DNA of 64,000 nucleotides, from contig NC_045697.1 of the NCBI RefSeq assembly GCF_009834535.1, forward strand, positions 73,038,001 through 73,102,000, read 5' to 3'. The notes under the pieces were generated by a model. That model did no database searches, was not told the origin of the DNA, and saw only the letters and a list, made by a program, of their open reading frames with translations. Positions 25,951 to 38,034 of the stretch are shown here, in pieces. Source of the DNA: Camelus ferus (Eukaryota). Each line of letters starts with the position of its first letter. The first letter of the stretch is position 1. A program made the translations under genes and the position numbers.

Positions 25951-26654
25951 TAAGATGTGAGACTTTTGAGATTGTGCCCGTGGTTGAGAAGCAGCAAATC
26001 TGTATTTTTGGATGGTGGTCAGTAACCATGTCAATGAGAACAACAGCAGTATGTAGTTCAAATCCACAAATATTTATTAAGTCATTGCTGTAAGTCCAAT
26101 GTTATTCTAGGTCTTGAGAATGTAGAGATAAAAATGTTCTACTTGCAGGTAGATTTTTTTTTTGATAAGAGCATCAGACACCATAAACTCATAAATTAAA
26201 TAATATTTTACATGTGAAAATACATTTATTTACAAGCTGCAAAGGAGGAATATTGGAGCAGAATGGTGTGACTCTCTGGTGACTCTCTGGGATTTCATGT
26301 TCATTTAGGTGAAACATGTGGCCTGATCTTCGAGTCCAGTGCTCCAAACCTAACTCCTTCTACCCCATGCACTCACGGTGTTTCATATTCTTTTGTTGGA
26401 AGCAACAGCCAGATGGTTACCTCTTTCAACAAAACACGCATTTCTGCTTTCTTCTATCAACTCCTTTATTTATAGACTGAAGTTCCATGAGGATTAAAAT
26501 GTTAGAACTTACAGAATTACAGAATTTAACTTGCTCACCTCCCAATTATATTCGGAGATCATAAGCTGTGGAATATGAGATAAAGTTTATTTTTCTTCTG
26601 AATCTTTTATTTTCTTTGCTGGTGTTAAAATACTAGAAGTTTAGTAGATTACAA

Positions 26655-26955
26655 GTACCACATTTTGTCTAATATAAAATGCACCAGTATTTTTATATAC
26701 CTTTAGAAAAGAAAGGCATTGCCATTAATCTGCAACACAGTATGTTTGTCTTATTTAGAACTTGTATTTTGTATTTATTGAAAGAATTGTTTCAGAATTA
26801 AATATTTTTACACAATTAACAGTCCTGGAAATACATAAAAGGAGAATGTAAACAGAATAATTTGGCTAAGGTATTTTTAATTTTTTTCCATTAAGAGATC
26901 GACTTTTCGATCACTTTTTGACTGAGTTATCACTGTTTGTATTTAGCCACACAGG
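26655..26955. mobile_element. Tigger13a-like TcMar DNA transposon fragment
   Basis: 'aaaatgcaccagtatttttatatacc...tttattgaaagaattg...tacataaaaggagaatgtaaac...tggctaaggtatt...tcactttttgactgagtt' follows the recalled Tigger13a consensus order. Confidence 0.65.
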
Positions 26956-26964
26956 TTTTGGATG

Positions 26965-27100
26965 TTTTCTCATCTCTAAAATAGTGATAATAATAGCTCC
27001 TCTCTTATGGGATTGTTGCAAGTCTTGAGTGAAATGAGGCATGCAGAGTGATTAGTATAATGCCTGGAACATAATAAAAACTCAATAAAATTAGTTATTA
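26965..27100 (+). mobile_element. MIR SINE 3' half
   Basis: 'gttttctcatctctaaaatagtgataataatagctcctctcttatgggattgttg...tgcctggaacataataaaaactcaataaa'. Confidence 0.85.
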
Positions 27101-27124
27101 ATTTTATTATTGTTATTTTTAAAA

Positions 27125-27193
27125 AAAATTTTTATTGAAGTACCAATCACAACGTGTCAGTTTCTGGTGTACAGCACAATGTCCCAGTCATGC
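27125..27193 (-). mobile_element. Very short 3' tip of a young camelid-type L1
   Basis: Reverse complement reads 'gcatgactgggacattgtgctgtacaccagaaactgacac', matching the L1 copies at 30540-30765 and 45700-46282. Confidence 0.85.
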
Positions 27194-29433
27194 TTATTGC
27201 TGTTCTTATTATATTCCTTTCAAGCAGTGTCTGATACGTGGATTACAAGTGGTAAAAACAAAAATCTGTTAGTAGGCATAAAGTCATTTTGTCTCACTAT
27301 TCCCCACCTGATTACGCTAGATTGTGAAATATTTTGTGATGACAGCTACAACGAAGCCCAGATCAGCTGTTTGACTGGTTAAGTAAATAAATGAATGTAA
27401 TTACCTCCCCACCCCCCACAAAAAACCCCCAAAATTTAAAAAAAAAATTTCCTTTAGTCTGAAATTGCTCCTTTGTTAAAAAATGAGGATCATAATTATT
27501 TATCCCACATCTACACTGTAGAACTGAGAGAAAGATAACAAAGAAGTGTGAACATACCTTATAACTTTTGAACCAATATACAATGGTCATTTATTATGAA
27601 TATCAATTTCATAAATCCTGGTTGACTAATTGAAAGAAGAAGACAGAAGTTTGCATTCATTTTCCAGAAAGACCATGCGTTGTTTCCGCAGAGCCTCAAG
27701 ATGAAGACTCAAGAGTGAAAAAAAACAGAATTTTTATTTGTCTTCCCAGCCACCTCTAGTTAAGTGCCAAACCTTGGCATGTTCAAAGGCATTTTTCTTG
27801 TGTAGCCTCCATAATCATGGACCAGTGCCTATGACAAAAAGCACACTCTAAATTAAGATACAAATCAGAAGGGTCTAAGCCTCGAAGCAGCAAGGAACTA
27901 TATTCAGAGATGCTTTTGCATTGCAGCTCACAGTGCAGAGAATCTAAGGATGGTAGCTGTGCCTTCTGATGCTGTCAATCACATGAAGGCATGAAGGCCA
28001 TGCTCAGCCCTCATGCACTCTGACCAGTGATGGGTGTGCACATACCATTCTGTATGTCTTACTTGTTGAGTTCGCCTGAACACAGGAAGTTGCCATGTAC
28101 AAGCTTGGCAAGAATTTTTCTCATGTTTAGTCTATTGAAAATGATCTTTTCAGAAAACTCCACCCCTCCAGTTTTGTCTTCAATGATTCATGAGGCTTTA
28201 TTTTTTTTCCTAGAGAATGAGTAATATTCTTTTGTCCTCTGATGGCTTTAAGGAAAAAATGGTGAACTATTACTTAAAGGTTAGTGCAAAATTGAAGACC
28301 CCAACCTTCCCCCCTCATTTTCACCCGTCCCTAGTTCTCTCGTTTCTATTATAGTTAGGCAAACAATTAAATGAATACACAGATAAAAATCCTCCATCCA
28401 GCTAACACAGTTACTTCACAAATATTTTACCAAGAAAACTTTCCTTTTAGAATGAATACATAAATAGACAAGTGATGTGTAATATTTATTTTAGCCTCAT
28501 CTGATTTACTAAATTTAGAATACACTAATTCCTTTTAGGCCTAAGGCCATAAAAACTAGTATTTCCTGTCACAAATAGTGTAGTCTCTTGCCTTGGAATG
28601 GGCATCTAAAAATACACGTTTCTCATAAATGGATGGTTATATGCAAAAATAACTTAGGGTGTTTAAAGGGTTACTGGCAGGAATGAAGTGAAGAAGCACC
28701 TAAACATTTCCCTAAATTTCAACTCAGTGAAATAAAATTTCAAGGAAATCTCAGGTGATTTCAGAGATGCTGTAGGAGATTTTTTTTGGCCCTTTATTCT
28801 CGATCTATCAATATAAAATTCTCTCCATTGAACTTTTCTGCCTTTGAAGTGTGTAACATCAGTGTATTTCCATTGAGGATAAAAAGAACTTTAAAAATTT
28901 CAGTGTGCCTTGCTTTGGAGTTTACATTCCAATGTAAACTCACAAGAAGAAATATAACACTTACTTATACTAACTTACAGGGAACTACTGAGTTAAAAAA
29001 TATAACTCATTAAGCTTTTAATATCAGCAATTGCTGCATGTAAGCATTATTTACAAATAATTTACATGTTTATGAAGATATTAGGACTGGTAAAGAAGGG
29101 ACAAAGAAATTAGAAACTAAAATTTTAGGAGTAATTGAAAATTTCAAATCAATCAGATATATTCATAAAACTCCGTGCAGAAAAAAGTTTATGTTAGATA
29201 TTATGGCTGAATTTACAGAAATATCCTACCTCTTGTGAGAGTATATCACTAACCAAATTATACAAATGAATCACACCTATAACTCCTAGATAAAAACCAC
29301 TTATCAGATAGGAACCACTTACTTATGTATTAAGGTAAAATTACCACACTTTCTCTGTTCTTACGTTTTTAATATTTTGAATTTCATAATATCCCTCTAC
29401 GTTGTGGGGTTTTTCTTGCACTGATCTTGTATA

Positions 29434-29434
<1 letters not shown>

Positions 29435-29502
<68 letters not shown>
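29435..29502. repeat. Compound (GT)6(AT)28 microsatellite
   Basis: Direct reading. Confidence 0.95.
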
Positions 29503-29506
<4 letters not shown>

Positions 29507-30169
29507 TATGTTTATCTGATTGTTAAGTTAGTCAGTAGTGTCTTTCAACTACTAATTATATCTAGAGATTCATTAGATTTATGAGAATTATATCTAGAGA
29601 TTTATTAGATTATATAAATTTGAGGGAGCAGTACATCTTGAAGTGTGGTTATGTGGACTTCCCTATAACATGGGTTCATGAGATACATACCTAGTGTAAT
29701 CAAATTTACAAATTAATTTTTATCTTTTCTTCTATTGTAAATGTCCCCTTCAGCATTTCATCTTAATAATTTTGGCAAAATAATTTTTAAATAATCATTT
29801 CATTAGAGTCTACAAATGGTAATTTTTCAATTCTTATGTTCTGCCAGTACTTGTTAGCTACAATTCTCTTTTTAAAAACATTTAATAAACTGTTTGATTA
29901 GCTTTTATTACAGTTTATGTACAAAATAATGATAAATATATATATATTTCTTACTGATCAATTTTAGAATGATGCTTTGGTGCCCTAGAAACCTTCAGTG
30001 CTGACCAGAGAAAGTATTTTTGTTATTATTATGTCCTTAGACTTTATTCATTTGATATGGTTCAATCCTTACTACCTTAGCCATTTACCATAAGGAAACT
30101 CAAATACCATATGGAGGAAAATAATAACTAAAGCTGAAATTATTTTTACATTTAAAAATATTCAATGGA

Positions 30170-30470
30170 AGATACCCAATCAAAAATAACCAGGCATACA
30201 AAAACTTAAGATAACATAATCACAATTTAAAACAAATAAATAAAACATACAGTAGGAACAGATCCACAGGGCATTCAGATAATAAATACAGAGAAAGTCT
30301 AAGGCTAAAATAAATGTACTTTATGTATTAAATGAAATATAAGACAATATTGAGAACGTTGGCAGAGAACTGGAACCATGAAAAATAAGCAATAGAAAAT
30401 TTTAAATTATATGCATAAATATAATTTTTAAAATTAAAATATAAAATTTAGTGGAGGGATTTATAGAAGG
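30170..30470 (+). mobile_element. Old L1M ORF1-start fragment
   Basis: 'caatcaaaaataaccaggcatacaaaa...gtaggaacagatccacaggg...gagaacgttggcagagaactggaacc'. Confidence 0.6.
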
Positions 30471-30479
30471 TAACTGAGT

Positions 30480-32980
30480 ATCTATCAAGGACAAGGCTTA
30501 TAGTCATTCATGTATAGTTTCAAAGGGAAGAAAAATGGTGAGGTGAGATTTGCAAATATTAACTACTATATATATATAAAATAGATAAACAAGAAGTTTC
30601 TTCTGTATAGGACAGGGAACTATGTTCAATATCTTGTAATAACCTTTAATGAAAAAGAATATGAAAATGAATATATGTATGTATATGCATGACTGGGACA
30701 TTGTGCTGTACACCAAAAACTGACACATTGTAACTGACTGTAGTTCAATTAAAAACAAACAAACAGAAATGTATGCTGTGAATCTTCCTTATAGTTTTCT
30801 CAAAAGGATCTGCAGCTATTTACCATGATAACTGTGCTTTGGAGAAGAGTATCTAAAAAGCATTTAGTGATATTTTTGGACACTGGCTCTGAACTGTCAT
30901 TACACTTTGAAGACCCAAACCATCAGTGTGGACCATCAATCTGAGTTAAGGCTTACAGAGGTCAGGTGGTTAATGAACTTCTAGTTAAGTGCTATCTCAT
31001 CTCACAGTGGGCTTAGTGGGTTCCTGAAGTAACCCTCTGATTATTTCTTCAGTTCTAGAAATTATATTGGAATGGACATGCTCAATTACTATTTCTTCTT
31101 TCATCACAGATATTCCTTCTGGAATTATTTTATTTTTTCTTAAGTGAGTTCAGAGGCCATTATGTTAGGAAAGGCTATGTGGAAGCCACTAGGACTGCCT
31201 CTACCTACCAAATAGAAGTTGCATCCTGGAAGTTTTTCAGAGATTAGTACCATTATCAAAAATCTGAAAGAAGTGTGACATGGTGACTCTTATCATATCC
31301 CCATTCAACTCACCTATTTGGCCTACTTGGAACACAGAAGGATCTTGCAGAATGACAGTGATTATTAAAAATCTAATCAGGTGGTGACTTCAATTGTAGC
31401 CACCATTTCAGATGTGATGTTGATGCTGGAGCAAATAGACATGATCTCCAGCACCTGGAATGCATCAATTAATGTAACAAATGTTACCTTGATTTACATA
31501 TGCTATCTCTTTATTGGGAACTGTTTGCTTTCACATGATCGAGCCAGAGATATACCTTCACTGTTCTATACTAAGGCAGTATCAGCTTCCAAGTTGCATA
31601 TCATAATCTTGTCCATAGATACTTTGATGAGCTCTCCATTCCAGAATGTCACAAATTCATTAAATTAATGATAGAATTCTCCTTGGACACGGTGAAAAGG
31701 AAGGAGTAGCTTCTCTAGACACATTGATAATTTACATGTGTACCAGAGGGAAGGAGATAAATGCCACAAAAATTCAATAGTTTGCTGTTCTGGTGAAATT
31801 TCTAGAGTTCAAGTGTCTGGAACATGTAAAGATATGACTTTCAGGGTGATAGGAAAATTTAATGTATCTGGAAACTGGTTATGAAATTTATTGATTCCCA
31901 TGGCCACCATCACTCCAAAGCAGCTAGCATGACAAAATAGTGAAAAAGCTTTTAGGAGATTCTGTTACTGGGCCAGATGGGCGCATCAGCTTCTGGGGTT
32001 GGAATAATGTCCCCCAGGATGTGGTATATGTCGTAAATTAGTGACCAGTGTTTAGTGCTGTTTGTCCCACAGCAAACATTCATTAACTCAGGAAGCAAGG
32101 AATAAAATGTGGGGGTAATTCTCTTACTCTTACCCCTAGGAGATGAACTATTAGCGACAGTTTTACTTCCTGCCCTCATGTCTTTGGGCTCTGCTGCTCA
32201 GTATGTCTCAGTTCCCAAGGAATGAATACTCCCACCAGGGGACACATTGCTTTATTAAACTAGAGGGAGAGACTGCCACCTGGCCACTTTCAAATTCTCA
32301 TGACAGTGAATCCGCTGGCAAAGGGGATTATACTGTACTCTCTGAAATAATTGATCCTGACTCTTCAGGGAAAATCAATTTGCTACTCTGGGGTAGGAAG
32401 ACATATGCCTGGGATGGAGGAGATGCCTTGGGTACCCTCTTAGTGCCCCATGTTTTGTGATAAAGGAAATGGAAAACTACAAGTACTCAATATGAGCAGG
32501 ACCGCTAAAGCCCAGACCTTTCTGAAATGCAGGTTTGTGTCATCCTCTTAGGCAAGAAATCACAGCCTGCAGAGGAGCTCACTGAGGGCAAAGGAAATAC
32601 AGAAGTGCCAAGTTTTACCTACCAGCTACACACTAATACTTATGAGTACCTTGTCCTTGTTTTTCTATGACTATGTGTGCATGAGTTCATCAATTCTTTA
32701 TAAATTTCATAACCCCTATAATTTAACTTAAGTGTATTAATACTGCTTAACCATATCCAGTATTTAAAATGTGCCTCTGCTGGATGGGAAAAAACATGGA
32801 GATAAAGTGACGTGAGGACTTTTATCCTTTTTTTTGGAGAGAAGGCTAGTGGTTTTTTTTGGTATGAAGTTTACCTACCTCATGTTAGCTGGAAGCATGA
32901 CTTTGCTTTTATCTTTATTTGGGGAATAAGTTTGGTTAAGAGATACTTACACATATCTCAGGTTGAAAGAAGTGGATTGG
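30480..32980 (+). mobile_element. Decayed ERV-L (class III) internal region: protease, RT start, integrase end, dUTPase, 3' region
   Basis: LDTGSEL at 30876-30896; SPFNSPIWP at 31298-31324; KLNQVVT-like ~31370-31390; VKFL ~31794; IIDPDSSGKINLLL (compare ERV-L dUTPase VIDPDYQGEIGLLL) ~32347; PPT-like 'gaaagaagtgga' ~32965. Multiple stops and frameshifts. Confidence 0.88.
30540..30765 (+). mobile_element. Young camelid-type L1 3' UTR inserted in the ERV-L
   Basis: 'gagatttgcaaatattaactac...cagggaactatgttcaatatcttgtaataacctttaatgaaaaagaatatgaaaatg...gttcaattaaaaacaaacaaac'. Confidence 0.9.
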
Positions 32981-33066
32981 GTTGTTTTCCTATTTTGTCA
33001 GTTTAGCTAAACTAAACATTTCCTAGAATTTCTCTCCCTAACCTCTATGGTTTCAGGTTAGAGTTG

Positions 33067-33827
33067 TGTTGACAGTTTAGCTAAACTTCTCCATAATAGT
33101 ACTGCCATGGCATCCGTTTTGTGTGGCCAAGGGGCCTGCAGGGGCCCTGAACTGACACTAGCTCCTCCGCCCCCCAGCACATGCCCTAGGAAACAGCCCA
33201 AGAATCACAAGTAGATGTGACCCGACTCTAGATATGATGATATCCTCATATGACGCCTTAACTGCACTTCTGACAAGCACTCTCCCTGCCTTCCCGGGCC
33301 TCTTTCTTGTGCCCCCTTAGATAAGACTCCTCAGGAAGTTTACCAAAACCCTGCCTTTTTAAAATAATTTTTTCAGGGCAAGGGGAAGATAATGAGCTCT
33401 ATTTATTTATTTATTTTAACGGAGGCACTGGGGATTGAACCCAGGACCTTGTGCATGCTAGGCATGCACTCTACCCCTGGACTATACCCTTCCCCATTTT
33501 TTTTTTCCTTAATTTTTTTTTAATGCTTTAAAACTTTGCCTTTTTAAAATTTGAATTGATCAATCCAGTCTTAGCTTGGGAACCCCAAAGCACTCCACCT
33601 GTAGATCCTAATAAAGGCATATGCCCAAAGTCCTGCTGCCTTCTCTCTGTCTGCACTGGGCTGACATCCATGCCTGACCCCTGGAGGCATGCTGTGTAAG
33701 TGCCCCAGGACCTGTGGGTTAGAAATGTCTCCATTTCTATTCCCTTGTGGTCTTTTATTGAACCCTGCCTTACCATCAACACCCTGGGGCGCTATAACAC
33801 AAATATTAACTTAACAAATTCACAACA
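33067..33827 (+). mobile_element. Younger solo LTR (probably ERV1 class)
   Basis: TGTTG...CAACA termini, 4-bp flanking near-duplication gttg/gttt, internal AATAAA (~33610), GC-richer than its surroundings. Confidence 0.75.
33366..33495 (-). mobile_element. Camelid tRNA-derived SINE (Vic-1-like)
   Basis: Reverse complement 'ggggaagggtatagtccaggggtagagtgcatgcctagcatgcacaaggtcctgggttcaatccccagtgcctccgttaaaataaataaataaat'; flanking 21-bp duplication with 2 mismatches. Confidence 0.9.
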
Positions 33828-34320
33828 GTTTGGCTACAAGAGGAATGTCTGTGAGATTTGGAAAAAAGGAGTAAAAAGCAGTCCTTGCCCTCTGAAGGCC
33901 AGAGTTTGGCACCAGGCTGTGATGCAGTTTTCGTGCATAGTTGGTGGTGTCTTGTTGGAGTAGAGCCTGCAGTCCTTTGATCTACCAAAAATTTCCTCAA
34001 GCTGGTTTCTGGGTCAGGTGATTGTGCAATTTAGTGTCAAAGGGCATCAACTAAAAGCTTGAATTAGCCATAAGCACTGAAAGATTTATGGTGGCCTTCT
34101 TCCCCCATGTCACCCAAAATAAATATCAATAATAATTTGTAAAATAAACATGATACAACCAACTAAATTCTAATTAGTTCTAAGATAGTAATTTCAATAA
34201 ATGAAAACAATATACGAAATGCCAAACTCTTCCAAATTATCTCTACCCTCTCTCTCTCTCCTTTTGATATTTCTGCTTTTCTACTACACTAAGTACAGGC
34301 TTAGTCTAACTGTTGGAAAT

Positions 34321-34848
34321 TGTAGCAGATTGATTGCAAAAATAGTTCTAGTTTCTTCTCTCCATTTATCTACCACCTTTGCAATGCGACACTGCAGCTC
34401 CTTCCATGAAGAGGTGGAGTCTTTTTCCCATTCCTTGATTCTGAGCTGAACTGTTAACAAGTTTTGGCCAACAGATTACAGTCGAATGGCACAGTGCCAG
34501 TCCTGAGCTTGGGTCTCTGTTGTCCTTGTGCTGCTTTTCTAGCTCAGTGGTCTGTGCAAACCTGAGCCAGCCTGCTCGGAGATGAAGACCATGTGGAAGA
34601 GAGGCCGGTTGCCTTAGTTGAGGCTTCCCATACCTGTCTTCCAATAGCGGACGTACAAGTGAGGGAGCTCAGCCAACACCACCAAAACTGTCTACCTGAC
34701 CAACAGCTGTCCGGGGGTTAGGAATAAGCCAAGCTGAGACCAGAAAAAAGATATAATGCATAGACTCATGAGTGATAAAAACTGGTTTTTCTTTTAAGCC
34801 CACTGGGTGTTGAGGTGGTTTGTTATACACCGACAGCTAGATAGAGAA
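34321..34848 (+). mobile_element. MLT1G/H-like MaLR solo LTR
   Basis: Starts 'tgtagcagattgattgcaaaaat', contains 'gaagaggtggagtctttttccc', and ends 'ttttaagcccactgggtgttgaggtggtttgttatacac...'. Confidence 0.85.
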
Positions 34849-34899
34849 ATAGGTAAAGATAGATAAATAGATAGAGAAATCTAGCACTGGTAATTGTCA

Positions 34900-35340
34900 A
34901 GCTGGAGTGTATACAGAGGAGAGTGATTAACCCATCAGGATGTCTGAAAATCAAGCTATATGAGGATGGATTGAAAGGTTTAGGATGTTTAGCATACAGA
35001 AGAAGAATTTTAGGAAGGACTAATGGCTCCCCTCAAATAATTGATGAGCTGTTATGTAAAAGGCAGTTATATTTACCCAACATAAATTCGGAAGACAAAA
35101 TTGTAAACATTGGCAGATAAGAGATGATGAAAAACATTGCATTAGAGTTATATACATTGTAGAACTAGCTCACATTTATCTGGTAGGGATGGTGCCTTAC
35201 GATGCAGTTACTTTTTCTCATTAAAAATGTTCATACAGAGTGGATGACCTTTTCATAGGTTTGTTTCAAAAAGGCAATTTCCTCTTTGGCTTAGAGTTTT
35301 GGCTAGGTGACATATAAGATTAATTTTAATGTCAAAATTG
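34900..35340 (+). mobile_element. L3/CR1 LINE ORF2 C-terminal remnant
   Basis: Translates LECIQRRV...KLYEDGLKGLGCLAYRRRILGR, homologous to the CR1 motif LERVQRRA...SYEERLKELGLFSLEKRRLRG. Confidence 0.8.
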
Positions 35341-35659
35341 TACGTATAGTGAGATTTTATGTTTCCTTTAGTTAAATATACTTTTTATAATGATTAATAC
35401 TCAAGAATTTATATTGTTTAAGTACCAATAATCTGCTTACTTGGTTTTCCATTCATTTTGGTTTGAGTTGATGCTGCTGTAGCCACATTGAGTAGAATAA
35501 TCTGAAAAGCCATCTATCCCTTTACCATCACTAGAGCTGTTTGTTAATGTGTGTTCTGAGCTCCAAAGAATTCACTTCAAAAGAGACTATTGAGTAACAA
35601 CCAATTTTGAAACCCAAGACAAAAAATTCATATAGAGATAATAATACATATTTATTTCT

Positions 35660-37290
35660 ATTCCTTTATTCAACAAATACCTATAGATTTCCTATTATTT
35701 GCTTGGCACTGATCTAAGCACTGGGGGGATATGTTCGTAAACAAGTGAAGCCTTACTTACAGAAAGCTTATCTTCTAGAAAGGAAGAAAAACAATAAACA
35801 AATAGGAATTCTATGTAGTGTGAGGTAGTGATAAATAAGGCCAGGCAAGGGGACATTAATTGATGGGGGAGTCAGTCTTGCAGATGAGTGATCAGGGAAG
35901 GCTTCTCTGCAGAGGGGACATCTAAGCACAGGCCTGACTAGAGCTGGGAAACAAACCTAGTCAATGAGGGAAACCATCTATCAAACAGATGGGAAAGCCC
36001 TTGGGGAAGAAGCTTTGCTAGGCATATTCAAAGACATGCAAGAAAAGCTATGCGCTGAAATGAGGTGAGGAAAAAGAAAGCATTAGGAAGAAATTAGAGG
36101 CGTAGATGGTGGCTAGCTCGTGTGAGGCACAATAGGTCACGGTAAGAACATTTTATTTTATTTAGAACATGATGTAAAGCACTGGAAGTTTGAGCCTAGG
36201 CACTTGGCATGATATGTATACTATTTCCTACAGTTCACTCTTGCTTTTTAAGGACACTAAGCTATGAGTGGGGTGGAGAGAGGAGACAGAGCTCATTGTT
36301 CCTCAGCCCAGTTGCTTTCATATCCATGTTCTTCTTTCAGAAAGTTTTGTTCTGTATCATTGGAGGAATGGGATGGACCCTTGGTACTGTATTTTCTAGG
36401 CTTCCTTATGAAATAGCTGGGCCAGACAATAGCAGGTGGAGGGAAGAGAGAAGCCAGGTCATTTTAAAAATCTTTTTCTGTGCCTCATCACTGGTTATGA
36501 TCTGAGTGAATTACAGTGTTTCTGCTTCAGCAGTGAACATACTTTTGGGTTCTAGTTATGCTTCCTCTTTTTGAACCTTAGCCTATAGGTGGGAAATTCT
36601 CTAGGGTGATTTGTTTTGTCTAGTTGGACTCTGAAACAAGGGGCAAAAAGTGAAGCGGGAATACTGTCAGACAATTCCAGTTATCTAGGAGAGAGAAGAG
36701 CCAGTTGAACGCTCTGTAACAGCCACGAATAAGGTAAAAATGATGAGATTTGGGATCTCCTTTGAATGCAGAACTAACAGGGCATGTGAAAGGGTTGGAT
36801 GACTAGTATAGTAAAAGGAAAAAAATTTTAAAAGTCTTCATGAGTTTGAAAAACTGAGTAAAGGCAATATCATTGGCAGATATGGGGAAGATTGAAGAAG
36901 GAAGAGATTAGAAGGGAGGGCATACCCATCAAGAGTTCTGTTTAGTGAAAGTTGACATTGATGTGGCCATGTGATGTCTATATAGGGGATCAGGTTGAAA
37001 GTTAAAAATATAAATTCAGGGTTTAGGAAAGCACTTTGGTTTAGAGATATATGGGTGGATTGGATTATTGGTATAATAAGGTCATGAAATTTGAAGAAAG
37101 GTCTTAGGAACTGGCAATACATAGAGAAAAATCAGTAACTGAGGACTAAGCCCCACTGCATTCCAGTATTTAGAAATTAGAGAGAGGGAAAGAAACCCTC
37201 AGAGGAGAGCGAAAAGGCATAACTAGTGAAGCAAGAGGCAAAAGAGAAACGCAGTATTCCTGGAAGTCAAGTGAAGAAAGCTTTTGTAGA
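35660..37290 (-). mobile_element. L2 LINE, interrupted by an old LTR at ~36270-36620
   Basis: 'tttattcaacaaatacctatag...ttggcactgatctaagcactgggg', 'gatcagggaaggcttctctgcagagg', 'ctgaggactaagccccactgcattccagtatttag', 'ggaagtcaagtgaagaaag'. Confidence 0.85.
36270..36620 (+). mobile_element. Old ERVL-class LTR fragment (LTR33/LTR16-like)
   Basis: Breaks the L2; 'gcaggtggagggaagagagaagccagg' and 'gcctataggtgggaaa' motifs. Confidence 0.45.
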
Positions 37291-38034
37291 TGTGATACCC
37301 AGCTGATAAAGCGTTTTGTGTCATTTACATCCCCCTCCACCTCTCTCTCTCTGTATATTTATCTATATCTCTATCTTTATCTCAATCTCTCTTTTGTTTT
37401 CTTCCTTTCTTCTTTCATTGCTTTGTTCAGTTACTTAACCAATCTAAACTGAGAGCTTGCTAGGTATATATGCTAGTTAATTCAGAACTCAGATACAGGA
37501 GGCCTTGAATAAGAATTGTTAATAGTAGTCTCTTGGACAAGAAAAGAATCAGTTTTCCCAGACTGTCCTTTTAAACAAAGAATGATAAAGTTTATTTTTA
37601 GAAGACAAGGCATAACTTAACCTAGAAAACAAACCCATTATCCTACATTTTAGGAAAAGAATGAGATTTACACCTTGCTTTTCACTTTATTTGCATTTAC
37701 CCATACAAAAATATGTATATATGCATAAATATTTTACACTCAACTCTACCATATTTACTCACAGCATCTTGCAGTGAAAATTTAAAAACATGTTTTCTCA
37801 TCTCATAACTTTAGTTTTCTGCTGGAAATGGCAAATGCAATAGAATCTTCTCCAGAGCTCCTTGTTTCTTTGTGACAATCCAAGGGTTAAATTAAAGGAG
37901 AAGTCAGCTCCTTGTCCTTGGCTCAAAGAAAAGCTAAATGTAGCATCCACTTATTTCCACCGCATTCTGTTTTGCTCTTTCCTCTATTAGGACTGAGCAT
38001 GCAGCCTTCATTTTTTTTTTTTTTTTATCCGCAG

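Larger units (their letters stand above)
32980..34040 (+). mobile_element. ERVL-class 3' LTR (LTR40/41-like), split by a younger LTR at 33067-33827
   Basis: Directly follows the PPT. 'catttcctagaatttctctccc...ggtttcaggttagagttg' resumes as 'gtttggctacaagaggaatgtctgtgagatttgg' after the insertion. Confidence 0.65.
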
